This document shows, one piece after another, positions 17,191 to 28,908 of a DNA stretch of 64,000 nt. Location of the stretch: contig JAWQFM010000033.1 of assembly GCA_033442325.1 (NCBI GenBank), positions 285,687 to 349,686 on the forward strand, read 5' to 3'. The notes below the pieces were generated by a model. It had not been told where the DNA came from. It was given only the letters and a program-made list of their open reading frames with translations, and did no database searches. The stretch's first letter is position 1. The number at the start of each line of letters is the position of its first letter. Position numbers and translations under genes: made by a program. This DNA is from Salpingoeca rosetta. Its lineage: Eukaryota; Protista; Choanoflagellata.

Positions 17191-19751
17191 CTAGGCGGTT
17201 GTTTGGTTTTGCAGCTCAATGTCCTTGACGCGGCGCTGCACAGAACCGCTCTTTGGTCGCCCGCTGCTGCTGCTTCCGCTGCCAGACCTAATGAGGAGAA
17301 AGGGGGTGAGCGTATCGGTGACGGTATGTGTGAGGGTATGTGTGTGTGAGGGTATGTGTGTGAGAGGGTATGTGTGTGTGTGTGTGTGTGTGAAGAGTTC
17401 AAGTGGGAGGCAACGGCCGCACAAAAGACAACACACACAGACAATCACACAAGGCGACTTGACTTGTATCACAACACGCATGCACAACGGCAGTTACAGC
17501 ACCAACGCACTTGTTGCGGTAGTAGAAGACGCCTGCGACGATGAGTGCGATGAGAACGATGGGCACAATGACGGCGGCTGCGACGGTGCCGGAGGACACG
17601 CTGCCGCTGCCGCTGCCGTTCGAGTCACCGCCGTTGTTCGTCACCTCCTGATGGTGGTGGTGGTGGTGATGGTGATGATGGTGATGGTTGGTGATTGGGG
17701 GTGGTGAGGGTTGGTGGCGAAAACCATGGCAGGTTGGATTGAATTAAAAGAATTCAATGACACAGATGTTGCAGCTGGTCAGAACGAGCAAACAAGGTGG
17801 CTTGTGTGGGTGGAACTGAAACTTACAGTGACAGCGGAGCTCTGGGCGGAGGTAAGAAGGCCCTCCTGTTAACGTGAACCGACCATGAATGATTACCATG
17901 GGTTGGCGGTTGGAGGTTAGAAGTTGCAAGAACAAAAAAAAAAAGGGGGGGGGGGCATTGCCACCAAAACTACACACAGGTCCACACACAGGTGCACACA
18001 GACACAGACACACAGACACAGACACAGACACAGACACACACACACACACACACACACAGACACAGACACACACACACACACCTCGACGGGGCAGTCAAGG
18101 CTGGTGCGGAGGGAGGCGACGACGGCAAGCTGGTCCGGGGTCATGACGTGCAGCTTCTGGTTCTCGCAGAGCAGGGTGAACACCTCGTCGCTGATACGGC
18201 GTAGGGCCCGGGCGGGAATAGCGGCAAGGTCAATGTCGTCGAGACCAGCAATGATGGCGCCGGCGCGGTCAACCATGTCCGCAGACCAGTCCGCAGTGTC
18301 GCCAAGCGCCTCTGCAGTAGTGTCGGGTTTTGCAAGAGAGAAAGGGGCGGGGATTGGTGAATTGCGGTGAGTACGCGAGATGGTTGTAGCGTGCTTCCTG
18401 CATACAAGGTATCCCAGCAAACACACACACACACAAGCAAGTGCATACACACACGTACACACACGTATATGCACACACGTGTGTCAACGCACCGATGAGC
18501 TGGTCAGCGAGGGCTGCAAGCTGGTCGGAGTTCCACTGGACAGACACAAAGTTGTCGAGTGCGTCCACGACGACGCTGGCGGAGAGGCCACGGAGGGCGG
18601 CGGCATCAAGGCCACGGATGGCGTTTCCAAGCATGCGCAGCTCGCTGGAGGTCCATGACGCAATGCTGTCGCCGCTGCCGAGGAGGTTCATGGCACGCTT
18701 CACAATGCACTCCACGAGCGAGTCGCCAAGGCAGTTGACGCTGGCAATGTCTGTGAGGGCGTCGGTGGGGAGCTGGCCCATATCGGCCGGGGACAGGGAG
18801 ATGGCGAGCGGGCCAACAGATGCGCGGACAGACGCGTTCCACGTGCTCACTTCGCCAAGCAGCTCCCGCAGGCGCAGGCCGATGACCTGTTGAACGGACA
18901 GTTGGACAGTTGGAAAGTTGGGAAAGTTGGATGGATGGATGGATGGTTAGTGAGAAGGGTTGAGTGAACGAGATGAGGGCGCACCGTGACAACCAGACAA
19001 CACATGCACACACACACACACATGCACACACGCACACACACACATGCACACGAGAGACCCAGTAGCTGTTGGCTGGTTGGTTGACTGACCTGAAGCTGCT
19101 CGTTGCAGAGGGGGAGGTCCTGCAGGGGAAGGCCGAGCGAGTCGTCGCAGGCAAAGTCAAGCAGGCACCTGGCCATGGCGGTGGTGGTATTGGGGTTGGT
19201 GTCGGGTGGTGGCAGTCATGATCATGAGACGGAGGAGGAGGGAGAGAGATGGAGAGATGCGTAGGAAGAGAGATGGAGAGGCACGCAGCGAGAGAGATGG
19301 AGAGACACGCAGGCGCACGCCACATAAACACAAGCACACACACACACACACACAACGGACACATGCACACACACACACACACATACGCACGGACACCAAG
19401 CACAGAGCAAGTGTACTTACACAGCCTCGTCGAGAACGCCTGGCACGACGTCGCGCAAGAAGGGAATGAGGTCGGTCGTCATGTGCATGAGGTCCTGCGG
19501 TGCGAGCGCCTTGAGCATGTCACCGAGGTCGCTCAGCTGCTGCGGGGTGAGGCTGTCAACAGAGCCAAGCAGCTCCGTGATGCGCGGGCCAAGCGTCATC
19601 AGCGCAGCGTTGGAGAACGTCGCAAGCGGCTGCACACGCGTGTGTTTGAGAGGGCGGGGGGATAATGTGAGGGTGGTAACAGAAGCGGGGCAAGGTTGGG
19701 TGAGAAACAAACGAGAGAGAAAACTGCTAAAACGCGCAATGCGATGGCTTT

Positions 19752-19786
<35 letters not shown>

Positions 19787-21240
19787 CAAAAACAAAACAG
19801 TGCGCGCGTGACGTACGTCGTTGCCAAGGGCGGAGAGGGAGGACGGGGTGAGGTCAGAGAGGGACATGGCAGCAAAGTCCGCCGCGTGCTCGGGGAATGC
19901 CTGCCACGTGGTCGCGCTCCAGTTCTCAACCTGCAACAATTGGGGTAATGATGATGGTGATGGTGATGATGGAGGTGGTAGTGTTGCAAAGTCAGTTGAA
20001 GACATGCACAGAAATAACCATGCAGAACAGACCAGCCCACGACACACCGTGCACACAACCATGCATGCAATCCGTCCCCTTCCCCTCCTCCATGCGCACA
20101 CACGCACGCACACACGCACGCACACACGCACACACACACACACACACACACAAAATAGCACATTATTACGATACGCACCGGTCCAAAGAGCTCGACGGCG
20201 CGGGCAAGGAGGGCCTCGACTTGGTTGTGGGAGAGGTCGTGGATGGAATCCACCAGCATGATGGCCTCGGCAGGCAGGCGGCGAATGGTCTCCGAGGGGA
20301 TGGCAGCCAGGGCCGGCTGCAGCTGCTCAAGAAGATCAAGTGCAAACTCCTCGAGCTGAACACCGCGCAGGGCCATGAAGCGCTCAAGGACGGCGGAGAG
20401 GACGTCGTGGGGCAGCTGGTCGGCAATGTCGACGAGGAACATGAGGGCATCCTCATTCAGGTCGGCAACCACGTCCACGCCAATGGCCTTGAGGATGTTG
20501 CCGACAACGCCAAAGTCCTCCGTGCTCCACTCCGTGATGGGGCCGAGCTGGTCAATGGCCTCGCCAAGCAGCATCTCTGCCGTGTCGAATGGGATGTCGA
20601 GGACGGTGCCGAGCGTCTGCAGACCCGTCATGCTGATGTTGCGCAGCGCGTCCGTGGCAAAGTTGACGGCGAGCAGGCCAAGGTCGTCCCAGGCGCCGTC
20701 GTCCCACTGGCTGGGCATGCCAACCACCTCCACGACGCGGTCCAGCAGCATGTTGAGGCGGGCCGGGTCGAGCCCCGTGTCGGGCAGACGGCCAAGCGCA
20801 CGGATGCCGGTCTCGCCCATGTTCTCAAGGTGGTCGGCGGCAATGCCAGAGGCAAACTGTGCAACCTGCTGCCACCCTTCCTCGTTGTCGCTGGACGCGC
20901 CTCCAATGAGATCAATGCCACGCGAGGCGATGGTGGTGATGCGGTTCAGGTCAACGTCAAATGCGACGCGGGCCAGGGCGTTGAGGTGCGACGAGTCCGC
21001 CAGCACCTGCAGGTCGCCGTCGGCCAGGCCCGACGCCACGTTGCCAATGGCGCGGAAGTCTGTGCTGTTCCATGTGGAGACGAGACCGACAATGTCCACA
21101 ACGCGCTCAGCGAGGGCCTCGACGGTGTCTGGGGGGATGCCTGTGATGCCGCTGGCGATGAGCACGGCAGAGTCAATCAGCAGCGGCTCAAGGTTCTCAA
21201 TGTCCCCGCGTGCAAGGCCTAATGGTGGTGTGTGGTATGT

Positions 21241-21283
<43 letters not shown>

Positions 21284-21471
21284 TATGTGTGTTGGTGGCG
21301 ATTCTGGGTGTCGAGTACTCCATATTGTATCAGCCGTAAGGTACAGAATTGATCAGAGCAGTAAACGTCTCAGCCGACTTACAAGAGGTAGCTGCTTAGC
21401 TTCCCGACTTATAATGCGAAGGCCAGATGGACCCTGTTTGGAGGACACTACCCACACACACACACACACAC

Positions 21472-21560
<89 letters not shown>

Positions 21561-23193
21561 CGGATGAGAGAGCCCATTTCGCGGAAGCGGTCGACGTCCC
21601 AGCCCGTGACAGCGCCAACAACGTCGACGGCGCGGGTGATGAACATGGTGGCCTGGGACGGCGCCCAGCGGCGCTCGCAGCCAAAGTCCTGCAGCGTCGA
21701 CTCAAACACAGACGGGTCAATCATGCTGCACGGCGACAGTGGCAATGGTGTGTGTGTGTGTGTGAGGGGGGTGGGGTGGGGTGAGCGGAATGGAACACGT
21801 GAGGCGAGGAGTGGTGTGAGGGTGAGCATACACGCAAACTACGTTGCTAGTGAACAATACACTGCGCACACAAGCACACACACACACACACACACAACGC
21901 AGGAGCCGGCAGGTGGCAAACGGACTTGATGAAGTTGCGAAGGTTCTCCTCTGCAAAGTCGACGAGCCGCTGTGCAATGTGGCCGATTTGCGCAATGGTC
22001 ATGTCCCCGACGGCGCGCAGATGCCCAAGAATGTCCTGGCCAAGCGCGCTCAGGTCCTCCAGGGACGCCTCTGTGATGCTCGTCACGCCCCGCACAATGT
22101 CCTGCAGGGGTGGTGGTGGCCGTGGGTGGTGGTGGTGGTGGTGGTAGTTGGTATGATGGGGTGCCATCGCTCAACGTCACAAGGGTCAACGCACGAAACC
22201 ACAGCACATGCACACACGCACACATGTAACTGAACAGACACGCACGCACAAGCACACAAGCACACATACACATACACATACACACACATACACGCACACA
22301 TACACGCACACATACGCGCACACACGCACACATACCTGGAGGTGTTCGGAGAGGGCGTTGAACTGCTCGCCAATGGTCTCGACAATGTCATCGGAAAGGT
22401 CCACAAAGGCTTCCTGCAGGTCATCTACGGCATCCTGGAAGGCGCCGCCAACCGTGTCAATCACGTCGTTGAACGCATCGTCCAGCGTGTCTGTCACGTC
22501 GTCAAAGAAGTCGCCAATGTCACGGCGCCGGCGCAGCGACGCGTCAGCACCATCGGAAGTCGTGTTGAACACGTTTTTGAACTGGAACTGCTGCTTCTGC
22601 TCCATGACAAAGGCGTCAAACGCGGCCCACTGCGGGGTGCACAGGTCGAGGCACGTGCCGTTGCAGCGGTGGGCATACGGGGTGCTGGGGTCGTGCGTGG
22701 CAGCCGTGGCGTGGTCCGAGTGCTCAACACAGACGGGGCAGTTGGGTGTCGACGACACAAAGAAGACGTGCTTGTCGCTGCTACTGTCGCTGCCTGGGCC
22801 GACGGTGACGGTGCGCGTGGTGAAGAAGGGCTTGTGGGAGGCCGAGTGGGCGGCAAAGGCGAACCTGTTGTTGAATGAGGCGCCAGAGGACGGCGAGAGC
22901 GAAGGGTCCACAACGCACGTCGCAAAGTTGCTCAGCCCCATGAGGAGGTCCTCAAAGGTTCCAAAGCGGCTGCTGGTCTGTCCGCCCATGGGTGCTGCTG
23001 CTGCGGCTGCCTCCTGCTCCTCGGCAATGAGCTCGAGCGTGTGGGGGCGGACGCGGCACGTGGACATGCACGCAGCGCCGGAGAGGGAGGTGCGCTTGCC
23101 ATTTGGGCGCGGGGGCTCGACGTGGGCGCCGTGTGCGGCGACGGCAAGGGTCAGGGCGATGACGAAGGCAACAACGGCTGCTGTTGTCCTCAT
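17191..23193 (-). CDS. Stereocilin/otoancorin/mesothelin-like repeat, type I transmembrane protein, ~1166 aa, 11 exons (23193-22336, 22101-21926, 21725-21559, 21218-20179, 19930-19817, 19629-19421, 19168-19090, 18886-18493, 18311-18082, 17647-17511, 17287-17191)
   Basis: All ten introns are GT..AG with consistent phases (3501 nt total). Signal peptide MRTTAAVVAFVIALTLAVAAHG; RRRR site; about ten helical repeats such as GLVSTWNSTDFRAIGNVASGL, GPITEWSTEDFGVVGNIL, SIASWTSSELRMLGNAIRGL and GDTADWSADMVDRAGAIIAGL; TM helix VAAAVIVPIVLIALIVAGVFYY; short cytoplasmic tail ending QTTA*. Confidence 0.85.
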
Positions 23194-25192
23194 CTTGACG
23201 GTGGTGGTGGTGGTGGTGGTTGTGGTGGTGTTCTCGGTTCCAATCAAATCAACAAATCAGCAAAGGAAGGTCTGTCAAAAGGTGGATGGTTGGTTGGGAG
23301 ACAGGAGGGAGAAAGGGGAAGATAGCGGGGAGAAGGAGGGGTTGTAGAGCAAAGCAGAGCAGAGAGCGAAAGCAAGCAAAGGTGAGTGAGTGAGTGAGTG
23401 ATGTGACAGCCAGCAGATGAATAGCGCAACGAGCAAGAGCAAGAAAGCGCCAGCCAGCGTCAATGGATCGATGTCACACGGTAGAAGGTGACGACAAATA
23501 ACGACAAGTCAATCACGACGACGGAAGAGAAAAAGAAAGGTGACAGCGAAGCAAGCAAGCCCACAGCGACAGCGCTGATATTGGTGGATGGTGGTGGTCG
23601 TGGAGATGGTGGTGGTGGAGATCAAGACAGATATGGGGGGAAGGCAAGGCGATACCATCCAAATTAGGAACAGACAGCGGGAGGGCGCAAAAAGTAAATG
23701 GAAACGAGACGATGGTGTGCACACACACCCGGTTTCATGGACGAAGGAAAATGCAAGGGGGGGAAATGGAAGTCAAAGGGGAAACATACACATCAAGCAC
23801 ACGCACGCGCACACACGCACACACAGAAAGGTGGAAAAAGGCAACACACATGCACGCACACAGATGCACGCACACGTACACACACACACACACACACACA
23901 CGCATCGGACGTGGTGCAAACAATGGCGTCGGCATCACGCAAGAGGAGAAAACCACACACGCACACCCCTACACACGCACGAACAAAGAACAAGCGGGTG
24001 TGGGGAGTTGCAAGGCACTTCAGAGAAGAAGCAAGAGAGATAGATAGAGAGAGAGAGAGAGAAAGCAAAGAACATTCAATACTCCCGCAAGATGTGCTTC
24101 AAAAGAGGGAAAGGGGGAGCGGGAACGAAAAGCACGAGACGGCTACACATGCGCCAACGCGTACAGAACACATGCACGACGGAGGTTGATGTTCATAACG
24201 CAGTCAGGCTGATGCAACGCACGTACCAGGGTGTAGATGGACTCAATGGTTAGAGCGGCCGGGTCAATGGGGGAACAATCGCTAGACTCGAGGAAACGCC
24301 GGAAGTAACGCGTGCGTAGTAGGGTCGGACGGAAGGTTTGCTCAATGATGTGAAGCGGCCGAGATGGAAGGCGGTGGGTGAACTTGGTTCGTGTGGGTGA
24401 TATCGGGAAGACGGGTGAAGGAGAGCTGGGCTTGGCTATGCTTGGCTTGGCTTGGCTTGGCTTGAGGTTGCAGCTGGTGGTGGTGTTCGATCGGTGGCTT
24501 GTAAGCGTGTGGCTTGAATGGGTGCTTGATCTGGGTTCGTGTCACAATGCAGGAAAATGAACTTGTGATGGACGATGTGTGCACACGAACAGCCGGTTCA
24601 CTCAATGGAACCAGGTGTGCGTGGTGCGTGTGTAGGTGCGTGCGAGTGCCTGCGACGTTGGTCTTGGCCTGTGAGAGTGCCACGACAAACACACAGTTGC
24701 AGGACCGAGGGAGAAGGACACGTGTCAGCAGCAACAACAACGGCAGAGCCCGTAAGCCGGAATGCGTGCGCTGCCAATGATGTGTAGGCTGTTCGTGACA
24801 ATGGATTGATGCGTGTTTGGCTCGTGCCTCAAATATAAACACACATCACCCTCGCGTGCGCGCGCACCAGGTTTGACTGCAACCGCACGGGAACAAGATG
24901 TGTGTGCGTTTGCGTGTGCGTATGTACGGTTGCTTGCTTGTGTTCGTGTGTGGTTGTCTGTGTGCGAGCACGACCAAGGCAAGCAAGGGATCCAAGGGAA
25001 CAAGGTGCGTGCGTGCGGGCGTGGTTGAGCACAAGCTCACAAGCACAAGCTCACCTCCAATCCAGAAAACGCAGACGAAGAACGATGACGAGAATGACGA
25101 AATTTAGGCCAAATCTTATGCGATTTTCGATGGGAAGAAGTTGGTTGTGGTCCTTGCCTTTGAAGAATTGCGCGCGTGCGCTTGTGTGTTTT

Positions 25193-25230
<38 letters not shown>

Positions 25231-26242
25231 AACAACAGCATGAAGGGCGAAAAGAAGGCTGAAAAGGAAAACGCCGGACAGCACGCAGAGCAGACAAGTG
25301 CACGGACGTATGCATGCCCAGACAACAGCACCAAGCAGACTCAAACATCAAACACAAATCAACACCAGCAGCGACACGTGCACAGAAACATATCAGAGGA
25401 TGACACACTGACCTACTGACACACAAACACACACACGCGCGCGCGCGCGTGCACGAACACGCGATCATGAGCACGTGCAGTGTCACGTGCCACGCAAGCA
25501 CACAGAACATAACACAACCTAACACGCGTAGGTTGCAGAGAGGCAGAAACAATGGGCTCAGGTGCGTAGGTGGGGTGCGTGTGTGAGGTGAAATTGTGAG
25601 GGTGATTGTGAGGTGATTGTGTTGCACGAAAACAATGACGATGCATTCAAGGCGCACCTGTCAACACGCAAGGCTGAAGGCACACCAAGTGATGTGATGG
25701 ACGCAGACACACTTAAAACGAGCAGGTCCAGACGAAGGAAAAGCACACACACACAAAAAAAAAAATAGGCACACGCACACACACACGCACGCACACACAG
25801 ACACACACACAGACACACACACGCACGCACGCACAGACACAGACACAGACACACACACACACGTATGAACAGCTGTGCAAGTAGCAGCAACATGTGCGAG
25901 AGACTGAGAGTGCTGGAATGGTAACAGCGGTCATGTAATGTTGAATGAACAAAGAGCTACTACATACGAGGAAGCGAGCAAGCCGAGGAGGAAAAGTGAA
26001 CAAAGAGCAGAGGAGAGAGAATGATGGGCAATGAAAGGACAGCACAGCACAGGGAAAGGGGCAGCAGACAAAACAGAGGCAAAGAGACAGACAGACGGAC
26101 ACATACACAGCGGACGGACAGACGGATGGACAGACGGACAGACGGACATACGCCAGCACAAACACACACACGCACACACACACACACACAATGCGCACAC
26201 GCAAGCACCATCGTTGTTGCTCCTGCGATGGATGGGTTGGTA

Positions 26243-26447
26243 TCACGCTTGGTTGACGATGAAGACGTGCTGTGTTCGTTGTCGTCTGCTCTCTCGCACC
26301 TCTCGCACAATCGTCGGAACCAGCAGCTGCAACCACACCAGACACCAGCGGTCATATGGGGGGGGGGGGAGAGGAGGGATACAGAGAGTAGCGGAGATCC
26401 GTGTTCGTGTGAGGTGGCGACGTCGTGGATGTGCATGTACACACACA

Positions 26448-26487
<40 letters not shown>

Positions 26488-27904
26488 TGTGTGTGTCTGT
26501 GTGTGTCTGTGTGTGTCTGTGTGTGTGTCTGTGTCTGTGTGTGTCTGTGTCTGTGTGCGAAAACGTACCACTGCCGCTGCGCCGAGTGAGCCCATGAGCA
26601 TGTAGAACACTTCCGTCCATTTCTGCCAACACACACACACACAAAACAAAAATTAGAAGTGCAATCTCATCACATGAGGCAGGAAATTACATAAGGAAGC
26701 GAAATCACATGTGTGTGTGAGAGTGAGAGAGAGAGTGTGTGTGTGTGTCTGTGTGTGTCATGTGTGAGAGAGAGAGAGTGTGTGTGTGTGTGTGTCTGTG
26801 TGTGTGTCATGTGAGTGAGAGAGAGTGCGTGTGTGTGTCTGTGGGTGTGTGTGTGCGCGTACCGGCATAGCGCCTGCGAGATACGGGCCGAGCGCAGCAC
26901 CTAACAACAGCAGCGGTGGTGTCGTTGATGGTGGTGGTGATGGTGGTGGTGTTCATGACCAGAGAGGGGGGGGGGATGAGTATCATTGGTGAGTACGTGG
27001 TAAACGTCAGAGACTGCACACCCATTGCCGACCAACTCTTAAAGCCAAACCACCACCACCACAATAAACCATGAATGACCATTCATCAACACCACCACCA
27101 ATTCAGCATCAGCAGCAGCGCACCGATTGACCCCGTGCCGTCAATGATGGCCGTGACCGTCGCCAGCGCCAACGGATTTCCTGCCAGCGACTCGTGCGTG
27201 CCCTGATGGTGGTGATGGTGATGGTGATGATGGTGGTGGCACAAATGAGGTGCAGTTGGGAAAGCGGTGAATACACACACATACACACAGGCACACACAC
27301 ACACACACACACACAACACAAACAGGCACACACACACACACACAACACAAACACACACAGAGGCACAAACACAAACATACACACAACACACACATAACCG
27401 CCACCATCATGGTCCCTGTACCAGATCTGCCGACACGGCGGTGGTGATGAGTGCATATGGCCCGTTGACAAAGAAGCCGCACAGCAGCAGCAGCCCGACG
27501 GTCAGCCCGTAGCTGTCAGCACCGAACCAGCTGTACACCAGCAGCTGCACACAGCACATACAACGCGGGGTGAGGGTGGTGCGACAGTGGTGACGGTTGT
27601 TGTTGCTGTTGTTGAAGGTTGTTGTTGTTGTTGTTGTTTCAGTTGTTGTTTCAGTTGTTGTTGTTTAAGTTGTTGTTGTTGTTGTTTAAGTTGTTGTTTA
27701 AGTTGTTGTTGTTGTTGTTGTTGTTGTTTAAGTTGTTGTTGTTGTTGGTGCTGGTGGTGTTGGTGTGGCACGTGATGACGAGTGGAGCGAGTGTGCATGG
27801 GTGGACGTACAATGGGGACGCTGATGATGAGATACACAAAGCTGACGACAGCCGGTTTTCTGCTCAGATCAGAGACATAGCCAGCAAGTGTCCCGCCTGA
27901 TGTT

Positions 27905-27978
<74 letters not shown>

Positions 27979-28484
27979 ATTGCGTGACCCAAAACGATCA
28001 CCCACCACCATCCCTCAGTCACCCAGCACCACCCACCACGAGCCTCCACACATGATCAAATCGCCATCCACCCATGAAGGATCAAGTGTGGGCAGTACCG
28101 AGAATGCCGCCCGCGTCGAAGAGCGTCGACAGATACGCAGACTCCTCCGACGACAGCGACCGCCCGCCCACCGCTGCAGTCGTCGTGGTGGTAATGGTGA
28201 TATGCATTGGCGGTGGTGGTGGTGATTGATGGTTGGTGGTGATTGATGGTTGATGATGATAAGCATTGATGGTTGGTGATAGTGGTCGTTGATGAGTGAT
28301 GGTGGTGATGGTGGTGCTTGGTGGTCGTAGTGAGTGGTGATGGTTGATGCTGGCAAGGTGAACACATGATGCAGGAATCTCAAAGCCTCAATCAAACCCA
28401 CGCGCATACACGCGCACTGAGATAAACGCAAGCACACACCAAAACCCACAAGCACGAAACGAATCTGCAACAAGAAACAGTACG

Positions 28485-28539
<55 letters not shown>

Positions 28540-28742
28540 ACGTACGGTTGTGCTTGATGTAGAAAGGTAGCCAGAAGAGGAAGGTGTATGCAACAAGCTT
28601 GCAGAAGAACAAACTCAGCGCAAACTCAACAACGCCCTGAAGGGGAGAGGGAGGGAGGGGCAAGACATTGTAGTGCGTTGGTGATGAGGTTTCGTTGTTG
28701 TTGATTGGAGATGTTGAGGACAGGAAGCAAGGACACGCACGC

Positions 28743-28773
<31 letters not shown>

Positions 28774-28835
28774 CTTTGTTTGTTTGTGTGTGTGTTGTGT
28801 GTGTGTGTCTTTGTGTGTGTCTTTGTGTGCCTGTA

Positions 28836-28908
<73 letters not shown>

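Noticed and set aside
22208-23347. 379-aa plus-strand ORF, and the 441-aa and 302-aa ORFs at 19897-21283
   Set aside because: Antisense shadows of the GC-rich exons of the stereocilin-like gene.
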